This document shows positions 53,030 to 64,000 of a DNA stretch of 64,000 nt, piece after piece. The position numbers and the translations under genes are program-made. The notes under the pieces are model-generated. The model was not told the DNA's origin and ran no database searches. It was given only the letters and a program-made list of their open reading frames with translations. Where the stretch lies: contig NC_091475.1 of assembly GCF_036971445.1 (NCBI RefSeq), forward strand, positions 81,344,001 to 81,408,000, read 5' to 3'. Position 1 is the first letter of the stretch. Each line of letters starts with the position of its first letter. The stretch comes from Narcine bancroftii (lineage: Eukaryota).

Positions 53030-53820
53030 AATTTGAAAATAGACTTTATTCACAATAACAGATATACAGTGCAGTCTTTTCACGTTTGTTTAATCTTCTT
53101 GAGTATACAAAAGTCCAGTGTTTTTAAAATCTGTGTCAAATAGATATTTACATTTCATTACTGTATCTTGTAGTGATAACCATTTAAAGCAACATTGTCT
53201 CTAATGTGGGACCTTCAGGGTTACTCCCCTTTCTATTGCTTGAGCGGCGTCCCCACCAATCTCAGCCCCTCCATGTCTGATAAGAGAAGGATCCTGGACT
53301 GTCCACTCCCCCTCCCCCTCCCCCCAACAGTAGGCCGCACCAAGCCTCGGTGCAACTCTCAGCATGTACTCCTGCAGCTTGGAATGTGCCTGTCAGCAGC
53401 ATTCCCTCACTTAAATCTCATTGTGGTGAAAGACCAATCAGTTTCATGGTAAAGTTTTTCTAGGGCAACACCTTTGACCACAAGTCCAATAGGCAGTGGT
53501 CAGCACGGAATGTGCTGCAGACACAGACAGACAAGGCCTCAGTGGAGACTATGGGGTAGTTCTCTAAGCAGACTGTCCAAGATCATCTGGCAGAATGCCT
53601 CACTGCCAGAGCTCACAAATAAGTACTAGGACCTGGCCCGGCTGTCAGTGAGAGGAGCTCTCCTGGTCATATCCTTCCTGTGCCAATGCTAACCCAGTGC
53701 ACGCTGCCCTCAAGATGACTAATAGGGAGGAGAAGGGGAAGAGACGGTCTCCTGGCTCTTTGCAGAATGTAAATTTGCTTAGAGTGTGTGGAGAAGGATG
53801 ACCTTGTCCTGGTTGTCAAA
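53030..53820. mobile_element. Tx1/L1-like LINE 3' fragment in two opposite orientations
   Basis: 53030-53450 is the minus-strand 3' end (TTTATT at ~53046; AHSKLQEYMLR-like). 53460-53820 is plus-strand upstream ORF2 (IWQNASLPELTNK..DLA...RGALL..., GEETV..LFAEC). Confidence 0.6.
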
Positions 53821-54099
53821 TAAGTCCTGAGGGAGGGTCTGGGGCCCAAAATGTCACCGTCTTTTGCTTTCCATGCAAGGGGTCTAACCTGCTGATTTCT
53901 ACAGCACTTTCCCAATGAACACTAATTCGTTGTCTGTAAAACATTGTAATTTTCTGATGTGTGAAGAATGCTAGAGAAATTCAAATCTTTCTTTAGAATT
54001 TGACATCTACGAGTAAAGATTAACAGATATAAAAATAGTCTTAAAGTATAGTGCGCATGTTTCCTTTTTGTTTTTTTAAAGAATCTGAGAAGTGTTTCT

Positions 54100-55330
54100 T
54101 CATTTCAATAGTTGGAGCTCCATTACCCATTCTACCTCTAAATTAACTGATAATTTTGTTGAACATACTTTGAGGATTTGGTTTCAATTTAGAAAACATT
54201 TGGGATACCATTAATTTTTATTAATCAGTCCTCTTTTAGCTAATTCCTTTTTTCCTTCAATACAAGATTTTGGATACCAATCTTTCCAAGATCTTTTTAT
54301 TGACTAAAATTTGGTCTCTTTTGAACAATTATCTTCTAAATTTAAAATAACCAAGTATCATTTTTTAGATATTTACAGATTAGGAGCTTTTTAAATTCCT
54401 TAGTATTAAAACTCCCTCAAGATTCAGTATTAAAGATGAGAGAGATGATTTATAAACTTAAACTGAATACTAAAAAGTTGATATTAGTTCACTATGAGCT
54501 ATTATTGATGTCGAGTGGTAACTTCCTGGACAAGAATAAGAAACGATGGGAGCAAGATTGTTAACACGAATTTTCTGATGCGACATGCGATTTTATCTTG
54601 AAATTGATTAATTCATCTTCTCTATGCCCCTGACATTAATTATTCTAATTTCAAATCGTACATCGAGCTTATTTTTCCATGTTCAATTGGCTAAATTTTA
54701 TTCTAATTTCTCATCAAAATATGATAGATATAAGAACTGGAGAAGGTACATTATTTCATATGTTTTGGTCATGTTCCACCCTTTCCATTTATTGGGAAAG
54801 TATCTTCTGTACCTTGCCTTTAGTTCTTCATATTAATTTGGTTCCTAATCCTTTTCTTGCCCTATTTGGAATAAGTAGGTCATCTTATTTAAGTTTGTCT
54901 GGGCTACAATTGCCTTTGCTCTTCTTATTGCCAGAAGACCCGTACATATGAGATGGAAGGATGCTGTCCCCCCAACACAGACTTAATGGTTAGCTGATGT
55001 GATGGCATGCTTGACTCTGGAAAAAAATGAGATGCTCTACTAATGTAATGAATCTTAATTTTCTAAATTTATGGGGTCCTTTCCTTAATTATTTTCAGAA
55101 TTTATAAGATTATTGGATTCCATTTTATAGGTTGTTTGGCCTTTCTTTCATGCATTAATAGAACATATATGTTTAATCATAACTTCACAAGGGAAGGGTT
55201 AGATTATTAGAATAGTTTCTGTAGATATTTTGTTTTTGTTTTTTGTCTCTTTCATAGGTTGTTTACAGCTATTTGTTAATATATATTTAGTTGGATATAT
55301 ATGAGCTCAATATCTATATATATTAACTTT
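54100..55330 (+). mobile_element. L1-clade ORF2 C-terminal/3' fragment (degenerate)
   Basis: Remnants KRWEQD, IAFALLIARR, WKDAVPPTQT.WL.DVM..L.LEK and WGPFL, then an AT-rich 3' UTR running into the gap. Confidence 0.7.
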
Positions 55331-55339
55331 GTTGGATAT

Positions 55340-55669
55340 NNNNNNNNNNNNNNNNNNNNNNNNNNNNNNNNNNNNNNNNNNNNNNNNNNNNNNNNNNNNN
55401 NNNNNNNNNNNNNNNNNNNNNNNNNNNNNNNNNNNNNNNNNNNNNNNNNNNNNNNNNNNNNNNNNNNNNNNNNNNNNNNNNNNNNNNNNNNNNNNNNNNN
55501 NNNNNNNNNNNNNNNNNNNNNNNNNNNNNNNNNNNNNNNNNNNNNNNNNNNNNNNNNNNNNNNNNNNNNNNNNNNNNNNNNNNNNNNNNNNNNNNNNNNN
55601 NNNNNNNNNNNNNNNNNNNNNNNNNNNNNNNNNNNNNNNNNNNNNNNNNNNNNNNNNNNNNNNNNNNNN
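55340..55669. other. Assembly gap
   Basis: N run. Confidence 1.
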
Positions 55670-56894
55670 AAAATTTTGGTTAGAGAACAGAATTGTTAAA
55701 ATTCAAAATTTTAGACATTTGAGATTTAGAAATCGTCTGGTGCTATTGGAATCTTCGGTTCCTACCAACAATTCTGTTTCCTTCAACTATGTCACGGGAA
55801 CAGCCGGAGGCCATTCTGTCCACTGAACTAGTTTTCAACCATTCATCAGGTCGGATCTGATCTGCAGGCATTTCGCCCTCCTTGCTAGATATTGGTCAGT
55901 TTTGGAAACGTCACGATTTCTTGACTCGAATGCTGTAACGATATGTACCTTCCTTCAGTGGCGCCACGTTAATATCATTCACCCTTACGCCGAACGATCT
56001 CACCGTTAGATTGGTTTCTTCAACCGCGCCAGGTCCTTTAATCATCTGTAGTCCCACAACGAGGTGCTCCTTCAACCAAGCGCCCCAAAACTTCTAAACT
56101 TGGGACAGGAGACCATGACATTTTGCCATCATTTAACTCTGCTGCCGGGAGTTTCGCTTCATCTTTGTTCGTTGAAATAGTACCCACAGCGTAAGACATC
56201 GAACCCAATGGAATTGACTGGACAAAGGCTTTCGATCAGCGGACAGTTCTTATTCAAGAAGCATTTGCATGGTAACATTTGTAGATAGTGTATCTTAGGC
56301 ATCAAGTAACATCTGAACATTGTGCTTGTGTACAAGTCAATAAAGGCACATTGAGTATTCTTAAACAGATAACTCGGGTAAAAACAAATGCCGTACACCA
56401 AACTGAACCTTTCCCCTACCCCACAAACCCCCCCCCCCAAAAAAAATTGGTCTCCAGTTCCCATCACTTAATACACCTACATTACCCGTCGACGTTACTG
56501 ATCGAAACATGATAACCATTATCTATTCGTAATAATGTCAATTAAAAGACTCAATATAACTCCAGCGGAAACAGCTGTGTTTACACACTAGTTCACACCT
56601 CGTTAAGGTGCCTCAGATATAATAAAAGAGCCTGTGAAGGAGATTTCTCCTCCTTTTAATCCTTATTTTCTTCTCAAACAGTCCGGATATGTGTCTATAT
56701 TATCCAATTTCACAATGTGGTCACATTTTGGGATGTTCCGATTATGCGACCACAGGGTTACGTGAATGGCAGCAGAGCCGGACAATTGCATGCGCTTGTA
56801 CAGAAGTAAAGAGCTGTTCAGTCCAGGAAAATCCAGCTGCAGTGTTAGAATGAAGGCCTTGTAAATCATTTTAATTCAAATAAGTATTTGGGTG

Positions 56895-57065
56895 AGCAAG
56901 GACACCGGCCATTCGGCCACGAAATGGTCGACCTGAGCTCGTTGCAATTGTCTGCGTTTGACCCCTATTCCTCTAAAGCTTTTCCAACCATATGACCATC
57001 CAAATGTTGTATTTGGCTCTGCCTCTTCTTCCTGCAACGTGTTCCATGTACCCTCCACCAAAGTA
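56895..57065 (-). mobile_element. CR1-type LINE 3' fragment
   Basis: GGCCATTCGGCC...CCCTATTCCTCTAAA...TCCAAATG...GTTCCATGTACCCTCCACC. Confidence 0.55.
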
Positions 57066-57686
57066 GCCACAAAAAAAAACAGCTGGAGAAATACCTAGTG
57101 GGTCCAGCAGCATCTGTGGAGGAAGAAAGGAATTGTGGACATTTTAGGTGGACACCCTGCATTGGGACTGAGACTGGGGAGGGAAGATGGCCTGTGTAAG
57201 GAGAGAAAGTGAGTAAGGGGTGAGGTGATGGGTGGCGGGAAGAGGGATGATGATGGGTAAATTGAGATAGATGGGGAAGGGGTGGAATTGGGAGATGGAG
57301 GCAGGTAAGTGACAAGTGGATGCAGGCAGGGAGAAATAAAAGACATGGAATTTAGGAAACAGAGAAAGGTACAGATGGAGACGGGGACTAGAGGGTGATA
57401 AGTGGGGACACAAAGTGGAGTCTGACAAGTAGGGAACGTGAAAATGGAAAATGTTAATGGAGACATGAAGGGCTCCAGATGGGGAACAGAAGCTGGTGGG
57501 TGAAATATTTGGGATATCAGTGGAATCAAGAGGAGGATGAGATTGGGTGATGGGAGGCTGGAGGTCATATGGAAAAGGGAACAACAATAAATCTGGTGAT
57601 GGATCAGAAAGGGAAGGAGGGAGAGAGAGAAAGGAGGGAACACAGGAGATGACGGTTACCTGAAACTGGAAAAGTCAAAATTACAT
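57066..57686 (-). mobile_element. Penelope-like element 3' end (pLTR, purine-rich spacer and last codons)
   Basis: GCTGGAGAAA..GGTCCAGCAGCATCTGTGGAG pLTR, a long G/A-rich tract and TTACCTGAAACTGGAAAAGTC (DFSSFR* on the minus strand). Same layout as the 2920-4125 copy. Confidence 0.7.
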
Positions 57687-58094
57687 CCAGGGGAATGCAA
57701 CTCTGCATTTCCACATTCCCATCATGTGGTATTTAGTTGGAAGTCGGACTTCCTAGTTGGTAATATTATATTGACCTTTACCACTTAATGTTATAGACAA
57801 TCTGAGGCAAATGAAGGAGATGGTGTTCCCATGAAACTGTGGGACATAAAATAAAAGATGACGTTCCAGATCAGTATTCACAAAAGGCTTTTTGAAATAA
57901 TGGAGGAGATTGACCCTGAGACAAACAAAAAAAAGCACTAGTAAAATGATGATATTGGAGAAATTATTGAGATTCATAGCTTCTGAAAATCCAATGATTT
58001 ATGTACCTGGATTCTGATAAGGCAGCTATGGAGATGATAGTTACATTGGTTGTCATCTTCAAAAGAGATTTATATGTTGAAGAGCATTTTAAAA

Positions 58095-59785
58095 GTCTGT
58101 TTGTGCAGTTCTGGTCATCCGTCTATGGCACACATGTCAAACTCTGGCCCGCGGGCCAAATATAATTATATTTGGCCCGCAAGATCATTTCAAAAATGTA
58201 TTAGAGGTGGTTAGCCCTGCAGCGAGAGCCGATGCTGTTTTTTGGTAATGTCACCTCCCCCTTCATTGCACATCCTTCCCCATTGTAACACGAGAAATTG
58301 TAACACGAGAAGTCTGTCGCTGTCATCAGCCGGCAAGCCAGTTGGAAGACTCCCGGCACAACCAGTCACTTCTCCCACCTGTCGAGCGGTGCGGCGGATG
58401 GGCGAGCGCCTGTGATTTCCTGTCGGCGCGACGGGCATGGCAGGCTGCGCACGGCCCCCAGGCAGCGCAAGCCCTGCGCGACTGGCACCGGACGGCCTTT
58501 CCACAGCACGAGCGCACTTCTCCCGGTCACCACGGCCTTCAGCGCTTGCACCCGCGCGGACCCCAGGGACAGCTGGTTCGGCCCTGCACGTGAAGAGAGA
58601 GATGGTGGCTGTCCACAAAGGCCGATAGGCACCGCGCTGGGCCTGAGTGGGTTGGTAAGCAGGGGTGGGCAGAGGGTGTAGGTGAGGAGTAATGGGCAGG
58701 GGAAGTTATGGTGGTGCGAGGGACAGTTAGAGGGAGGGATGAGTAGAAGGAGGGGTGGATAGGGAAGGGGTAAAAGGGGAGGGGCAGGGCGAGTAGGGGA
58801 GGGGTGATTAGAGGATGAGAGACGGGTAGAGGGAGGAACAGGTTGAGGGGAGAGGCAGTAGAGGGGCGTGTATAGGATGAGGTGGGTAGACGCAGAGCGA
58901 GTGGAGTGAGGGGTGAGTAGAGGTTGGGTAAAGGACTGGTCAGGTAGAGGGATGGTGGGTCGAGGGTGAATAGAGGCCCTAAGCTTGAGGAGTGAGCAGG
59001 AAATGCTGAGTCCTGATGCAGGCCAAAATGGACACAGCCTGTGAATGCTGACTACATCTCCACAGGGACCAATATGTTTCCCTCAGGTCAAGCAAAGGGT
59101 GAACTTGATCTACCTACTCCTGACCTGTAACATTATCCTCCTAAAGTTATATCCTAAAGTTTAACATTACATATGTTGAAAGAAGAGAAAACATGCAGAT
59201 GTTGTTGAAAATTTTCAATAAATATTTAGTTCGGCCCTCGACTTAGTCCAAGTTTTTAATTTTGGCCCTCCGTGAATTTGAGTTTGACACCCCTGGTCTA
59301 TGGGAAGGACATCATGAAAGTGGAAAAGGTGCAGAAAATAATTCATGGAGGTGTTACCAGGGACTAAGGACTTGAATTACAAGGAGATGGCAGATAGGTT
59401 GGGACTGTTTACCCCCGAGCACAGCAAGTGCAGAAGTGACCTTACAGAAGAATATAAAATCATGTAAAGGGTAAGTATAAGGCAGAAGGTGACAGTCTTT
59501 TTCCCCATTTTGGGGAAGTCTAATGATAGAGGGGATTTAAAAGGGACCTGAGGGACAACCTTTTCACACAAAGGATGGCAGGTATATGGAATGAGCAGCT
59601 GAAAAGGTGATAGAGGTGGGGACATTAGTGACATTTAGAAAACACTTAGGCAGGCATTTGGATAAGAAAATTCTGAAGGAATATGAGACCATCGCAGATG
59701 GGACCAGATCAGGAAGACAATCTGGTCGGCATGGATGAGTTGAACTGAAGGGGCCATTTCTGTGCTGTTCAGCTCTATGACTCTC
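58095..59785 (+). mobile_element. CR1-type LINE fragment split by a hAT insertion
   Basis: VQFWSS.Y|.KDI.KVEKVQ reads through once the insert is removed. CR1 3' tail GAAGGGGCCATTTCTGTGCTGT..CTCTATGACTCT. Confidence 0.8.
58129..59295. mobile_element. Non-autonomous hAT (Charlie-like) DNA transposon, 1167 bp
   Basis: TIRs CACACATGTCAAACTC / GAGTTTGACACCCCTG, subterminal GGCCC motifs, and a perfect 8-bp TSD GTCTATGG (58121-58128, 59296-59303). No transposase ORF. Confidence 0.88.
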
Positions 59786-59950
59786 TGTGTGAAAAGTTGC
59801 CCCTCAGTTCCCCTTTAAAGTTACCCCTCAGTTTCCCTTAAAATTTTTTCCCTGTCATTTTAAACCTATGTTGTCTAGTTTTGGACTCTTATTTAAGTGG
59901 AGACTTGGAAATAAAGGAAATCATGTTTTATTTCATTTTATTAATGCCAT

Positions 59951-60159
59951 TGTAGCAGCTCACCAGAGGCTTTTAATCAAACCAGCTTGGGAGGTTCAGA
60001 GAGACGTCATGACATCAATACAATGATGTCATTTGGAATGCGTAGAGTTTTAAAAAGCTGCAGGTGACTGTTTGAGAAAATGACTTCTACTGAACTTTGA
60101 CTTGACCATGTCTGATCATTTTCTCATTCTTCATTTCACACTGCAACACAGTTGCTACA
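59951..60159 (+). mobile_element. Solo LTR D (209 bp, Gypsy-like)
   Basis: TGTAGCAGC...GTTGCTACA inverted termini and 4-bp TSD CCAT (59947-59950, 60160-60163). Internal GACGTCATGACATCA...TGATGTCA and a TTTTAAAA TATA-like box. Confidence 0.7.
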
Positions 60160-60654
60160 CCATCCCACTACTAACTGACATTGGGTGAGGCTGATAGATC
60201 ACACTATTTGGAGAGGAGAGGGGAAGGGAAGGGTTGAAAAAACAGGGCAATGAAAACTTGCAATAGAAGAGTGGAAACCTTCCTCACTCTGCTCTGCACT
60301 GTCAGTCACCATTTCTTTAAGGATGTCAATCTTGGTCTAGCTGAGCTGTTGCATCTAATGAGGAAGGTGGGAAATCTTTCCCAGCATGAGAACTTTGTTC
60401 ATACATCTCCTGGGGATGAAGAATCCAGACAGAGCCAATTTATGGAGCATGAAAGACAATTTCCATGGTACCCATTGCCTCAAATTATTTGGAAGGGCAT
60501 AAAAAGGAGAAAGTTGAAACATGCTATTATTCTTTTTGAGCTCCATGTAAGTCTCTTTAATCAGGTTTCCCCCTTTAATTATGTGACCACCTGGAAGATA
60601 TGGATACCATAAAGGTCAAAGTGGTCCAGAAGCCATTATGCACAAGGTGGGAGA

Positions 60655-61200
60655 GCAACACACACAGTGCTGGTGGAATTCAGCGCGTCAGGCAGCATCA
60701 GTGGAAGGTAATGGACAGTCAACATTTCAGGTCATAAACCTTCATCAGTGATAGCAAGAAGCAAAGAAAAGGGGAACGGGGAACGGGGAATGGGGAGAAG
60801 CATTGGCTGAGAGATGATGGGTGAATACAGGTTGGGAGAGGGAAGAAAAAAAAAGCTAGGAGATGATAGGAGGAAGGAAGAGTGTGGGGAGTCAGAGGAA
60901 GGAAAGTGTGAATGATGGGCAGTAGAGAGGGTAGTGTGAGGAACAGTGGAGGAGAAATAGGGCCAGAGAGATCAGGGAAAACAAGGGGGAAGATGTTCGT
61001 GAAAACAAGGGTGAAATGTTACCAAAAATTGGAGATTAATGTTGATGCCAGCTGGTTGGAGACTGCCAAGCTGTACCTCCAATATGTGTGAGGCCTCAAT
61101 ATGGCAGTACAGTAGGCCATGTATAGACATGCCAGTATGGGAATGACAAGTGGAATTTAAATGTCTGGCCAGTGGGACATATTGGCTGGTAGGAGAGCAT
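60655..61200 (-). mobile_element. Penelope-like element 3' end with hammerhead-like pLTR
   Basis: Minus strand CUGAUGA-AGGUUUAUGACCU-GAAA-UGUU-GACUG at 60715-60750. ORF 60972-61268 has the PLE tail HLNST.HSH..MSIHGLLYC..EA....LGSLQP.GINI. Confidence 0.8.
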
Positions 61201-61267
61201 TCTTGCTTTTGGATCTTCTGATGTTCTTTATGAATTCTGTAACTAGAACATTCCAGAAGAAACAACA

Positions 61268-61507
61268 AGCCTTTTCAACCGCCGTGTGAAATGGGATTAC
61301 TGGGAAATTTTCCCGGGAACCATCTCGTGAACCGGTGGTGTGAAAATGTCAGCCCAGGTAATTTCACCTGTGGTCTGAATCAGCAATGGTCATTGCCAGG
61401 GAGGGAAAATTACAGGGAATTTGTGAAAGATCCGGGAGGTCCTGCCTTCCCAGGAATTTCACCCTGGCTCAAGTCGTGTCACTCCTCGCCCACAGTGTGA
61501 AAAGGCC
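61268..61507. mobile_element. PIF/Harbinger-like MITE
   Basis: Imperfect TIRs AGCCTTTTCA / TGAAAAGGCC followed by TAA, with internal GTGTGAAA repeats. ~240 bp. Confidence 0.5.
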
Positions 61508-61749
61508 TAATGGTTAACTTGCTGGCAGCTACCTGAACACTGTAATGTGATGACCTCAATTTGACCCTCCTCTGAATATATGATTAAATATTAACCCCTC
61601 TTGCACTCTCCATAATGCTATCACAACCAAGGATCTCAAGCAAATGCCCCAGGGTCTCATCAATGTCCCTCCACACCACTTGACACCTGCGTGGATCCTT
61701 GCACTTAAGGTTCAGCTCTGTGGAAGTTTGGAAAGTTGTATTCTCCAAG

Positions 61750-62085
61750 ATATCCTCAGTTATAGGGAGAGGTTGAGCAGGCTGGGGCTGTATTCTTTGG
61801 AGCATGGGAAAACGAGGGGTGATCTCATAAAGGCATATAAAATCCTGAGAGAAGTAGATCGGATTAACGCAGAGAGGCCTTTGCCCAGAGTATGGGAATT
61901 AGTAACCAGGGGACATAGCTTTAAAATGAGCAAAGAAAGATTTAACATGAACCTGAGGGACAACTTTTTTTACACAGAGGAAACTGGAACAGGCTGCCAG
62001 AGGAGGTAGTTGAGACAAGAACTATTTCAATGTTTCAGAAGAAAATTGGACAGATACGGAAACAAATAGGATATGAAGGATATAC
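61750..62085 (+). mobile_element. CR1-type LINE fragment
   Basis: SYRERLSRLGLYSLE...RGDLIKAYKIL...TRGHSFK...NFF (ORF 61644-62009). Confidence 0.85.
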
Positions 62086-62544
62086 CATCACTCACACTAA
62101 CCACAGAACATAAATCATCTCAACATCCAGGATACAGAGAAGAAAAGGGCATTAAACTGATAGACACTGCCACACTTGATAAAATATAATTGTTGCCTTC
62201 TGCATAATAATCAATCCCTGTACAAGTTTCACATTTTTACAATTCTGTGATTGTGGATTTCCAACTGGCTTCATATAAATCTTATGTTTCTGGCCCCTGG
62301 TATCATTCCTCCAGCTGGAAATTACTTTGCGTCTGTTTGATCCAACTTTTATCATTTTCAGGACTGCATTTGGGTTGCAGTTTGATCTTTGTTTCTCTAG
62401 AGAGACCTGTTAGCCTCCTGCACTTTCTAATTGGCTTCCGTGACTGTCTACATGACTACAAAATATTGAAGTCTTAGGGATCATAGATGTCTCATCATTA
62501 AAATTTATAATTGTGACTCTTCTGGGTTACATTAGTTGGTAATA

Positions 62545-63170
62545 TTACATATTTAAAAAAATATTTTATTTTAGCTTTCATGGATCCATAAAATTCAAAC
62601 AAACCATATAATCTTTCTTAACATTCATGTAACATAAGAGTCATCTCCCCAACCCCCACCCCCCAGTCAATTAAATTACATTGATGCAATTAAATGAAAT
62701 TAAAAAGGAAGTAAAGAAACTCAAAATGAGACTGAAAGAAACACATTGCCTGCATCATGTCCCACCTCTTTGATTTGCTGGAACAGATTGCTACAGTACC
62801 CCTATTTCAAAGAGGGGGGGAGCTAATCAATCTATGTTGCCACACCTTAAAGAATGTGTTTCTTCCTTAGATTGTACGTGATTTTCTCCAGGGGGAATGC
62901 AACTCTGCATTTCCACATTCCATCATGTGGTATTTAGTTGGGAGTCGGACTTCCTAGTTGGTAATATTATATTGACCTTTACCACGTAATGAAAATATAG
63001 TTAGGATGCCAAACTGAGGCAATATTAAATATTCTACAAATTAAACAGAAAGGGGTCAATTCTAACCTTAACATGCGTAAATATGACGTCAGTCATTCAT
63101 TTAACATCCATCCTGACTTTCCTTGCCACTAAGGTTATTTGACATAAAATTGAAGATTCTATGTCCATTC
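62545..63170 (-). mobile_element. L1-clade 3' fragment
   Basis: TTTTATTT poly(A)-side end, C-rich 3' UTR complement, and CIPLEKITYNL..FFKVWQ on the minus strand, homologous to the 8492-8674 tail. Confidence 0.65.
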
Positions 63171-63439
63171 AGTAGTTTCCTGTCAATTGTTAGTACATTT
63201 TCTCGGACATTTGAGGCTTAGAAAGACATCAGCTGCTGGCCCTTTGAAGATTTAGAACACGTTAGTATTTATATGCAATGGTATTGAATGATTACAGAGA
63301 AGGAACAACACAGGTATTAGAGCAGACTCCAGCAGTATCTAACAAAACAAAAGCAAATTAGCACTTTTCATAAGCCCACATGACACAGGAAGGTCTAATG
63401 CACAGTGATGCAAAATCAGGTCTGCCAGAGAGAGAAAGA

Positions 63440-63670
63440 GCTTCTTCTTGTAGGCTGGGAAATTGGTGAATGGTACCCTGTGAATTTGTATCTTATGAAT
63501 GAAAACAAGTAAATTATTCTGAAATCTTTATACATATGTATTTTATGATCATGTGATTATTGTGTGCTGTGCATTGTGTGTGTAGGTGTGGGCTCTGTAG
63601 TCTGGAGAAATGCTGTTTTACCTGGTTATATATTTACAGACAGATGTTAATAAACAAACTTGAACTTGGA
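63440..63670 (+). mobile_element. Rex1/Babar-like LINE 3' end
   Basis: TG-rich tail ending AATAAACAAACTTGAACTTG. Confidence 0.45.
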
Positions 63671-63814
63671 CTGGGTACCAATAAACAAAAGGACTGGAGA
63701 AACTCCATAGGTAATAAAAGTCAAACAGCGTTTTGGGTGTGAGTCCTTCGCCAGGAATCCTGTTGAGTTTCTCCAGCACATTTATGTAGCTTCTGCAGAT
63801 TTTTGTTTACCTTG

Positions 63815-64000
63815 ATGCAGTGGGCAGAACTGCTGTCTCACAGCACCAGAGATCGAGGTTCCATACTGACCTCTGTCTGCGAGGAGTTTGCATGTTTTAC
63901 CTGCGAGTTTCCTCTGGGTGCTCCATTTTCCTCCCACATCCCAAAGTTGTGCAGTTTGGTAGGTTAATTGGCCACTGACAATTACCCCTGGTATGTGGAG
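63815..64000 (+). mobile_element. tRNA-derived V-SINE (HE1-like), runs off the window end
   Basis: GCTGTCTCACAGCACCAGAGA..GGTTC head and V-domain GGAGTTTGCATGTT...GTTTCCTCTGGGTGCTCC..TTTCCTCCCACATCCCAAAG..GTAGGTTAATTGGCC. HE1 is the known elasmobranch SINE. Confidence 0.8.

Noticed and set aside
62152-62410. Possible exon of a neighbouring gene (CLYBL expected on this side by human synteny; PCCA on the other)
   Set aside because: The frames I checked do not resemble CLYBL, and TRGQKHK looks like an old CR1/L2 remnant. No PCCA exon was recognised on the left either.

Overview
Vertebrate genomic DNA, most likely from a cartilaginous fish (shark/ray/skate). This is inferred from the repeats: an HE1/V-SINE, CR1, Penelope-like elements with hammerhead-type pLTRs, and fish-type L1s. 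The core is the head-to-head developmental gene pair Zic2 (minus strand, 3 coding exons 28175-27173, 25267-25104, 25006-24821; 450 aa) and Zic5 (plus strand, 2 coding exons 37688-38672, 42398-42831; 472 aa), with start codons about 9.5 kb apart. The pair lies in a ~34 kb AT-rich domain (~17.5-51.8 kb) that keeps its CpGs, is almost free of transposons and holds several candidate enhancers. Both flanks are dense with decayed mobile elements: a full-length dead L1 and a second L1 sharing one triplicated target site, a Penelope-like element carrying three different solo LTRs, a hAT element inside a CR1, and others. There are four assembly gaps. I see no evidence for a new protein-coding system. 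The best leads are the triplicated L1 target site, hammerhead-ribozyme relics (one in Zic2 intron 1, sense strand), an in-frame Zic2 deletion over a reported phosphosite, and a Zic5 leader resembling the human N-terminal extension but lacking an AUG. All comparisons to human/mouse sequences are from memory and need alignment.
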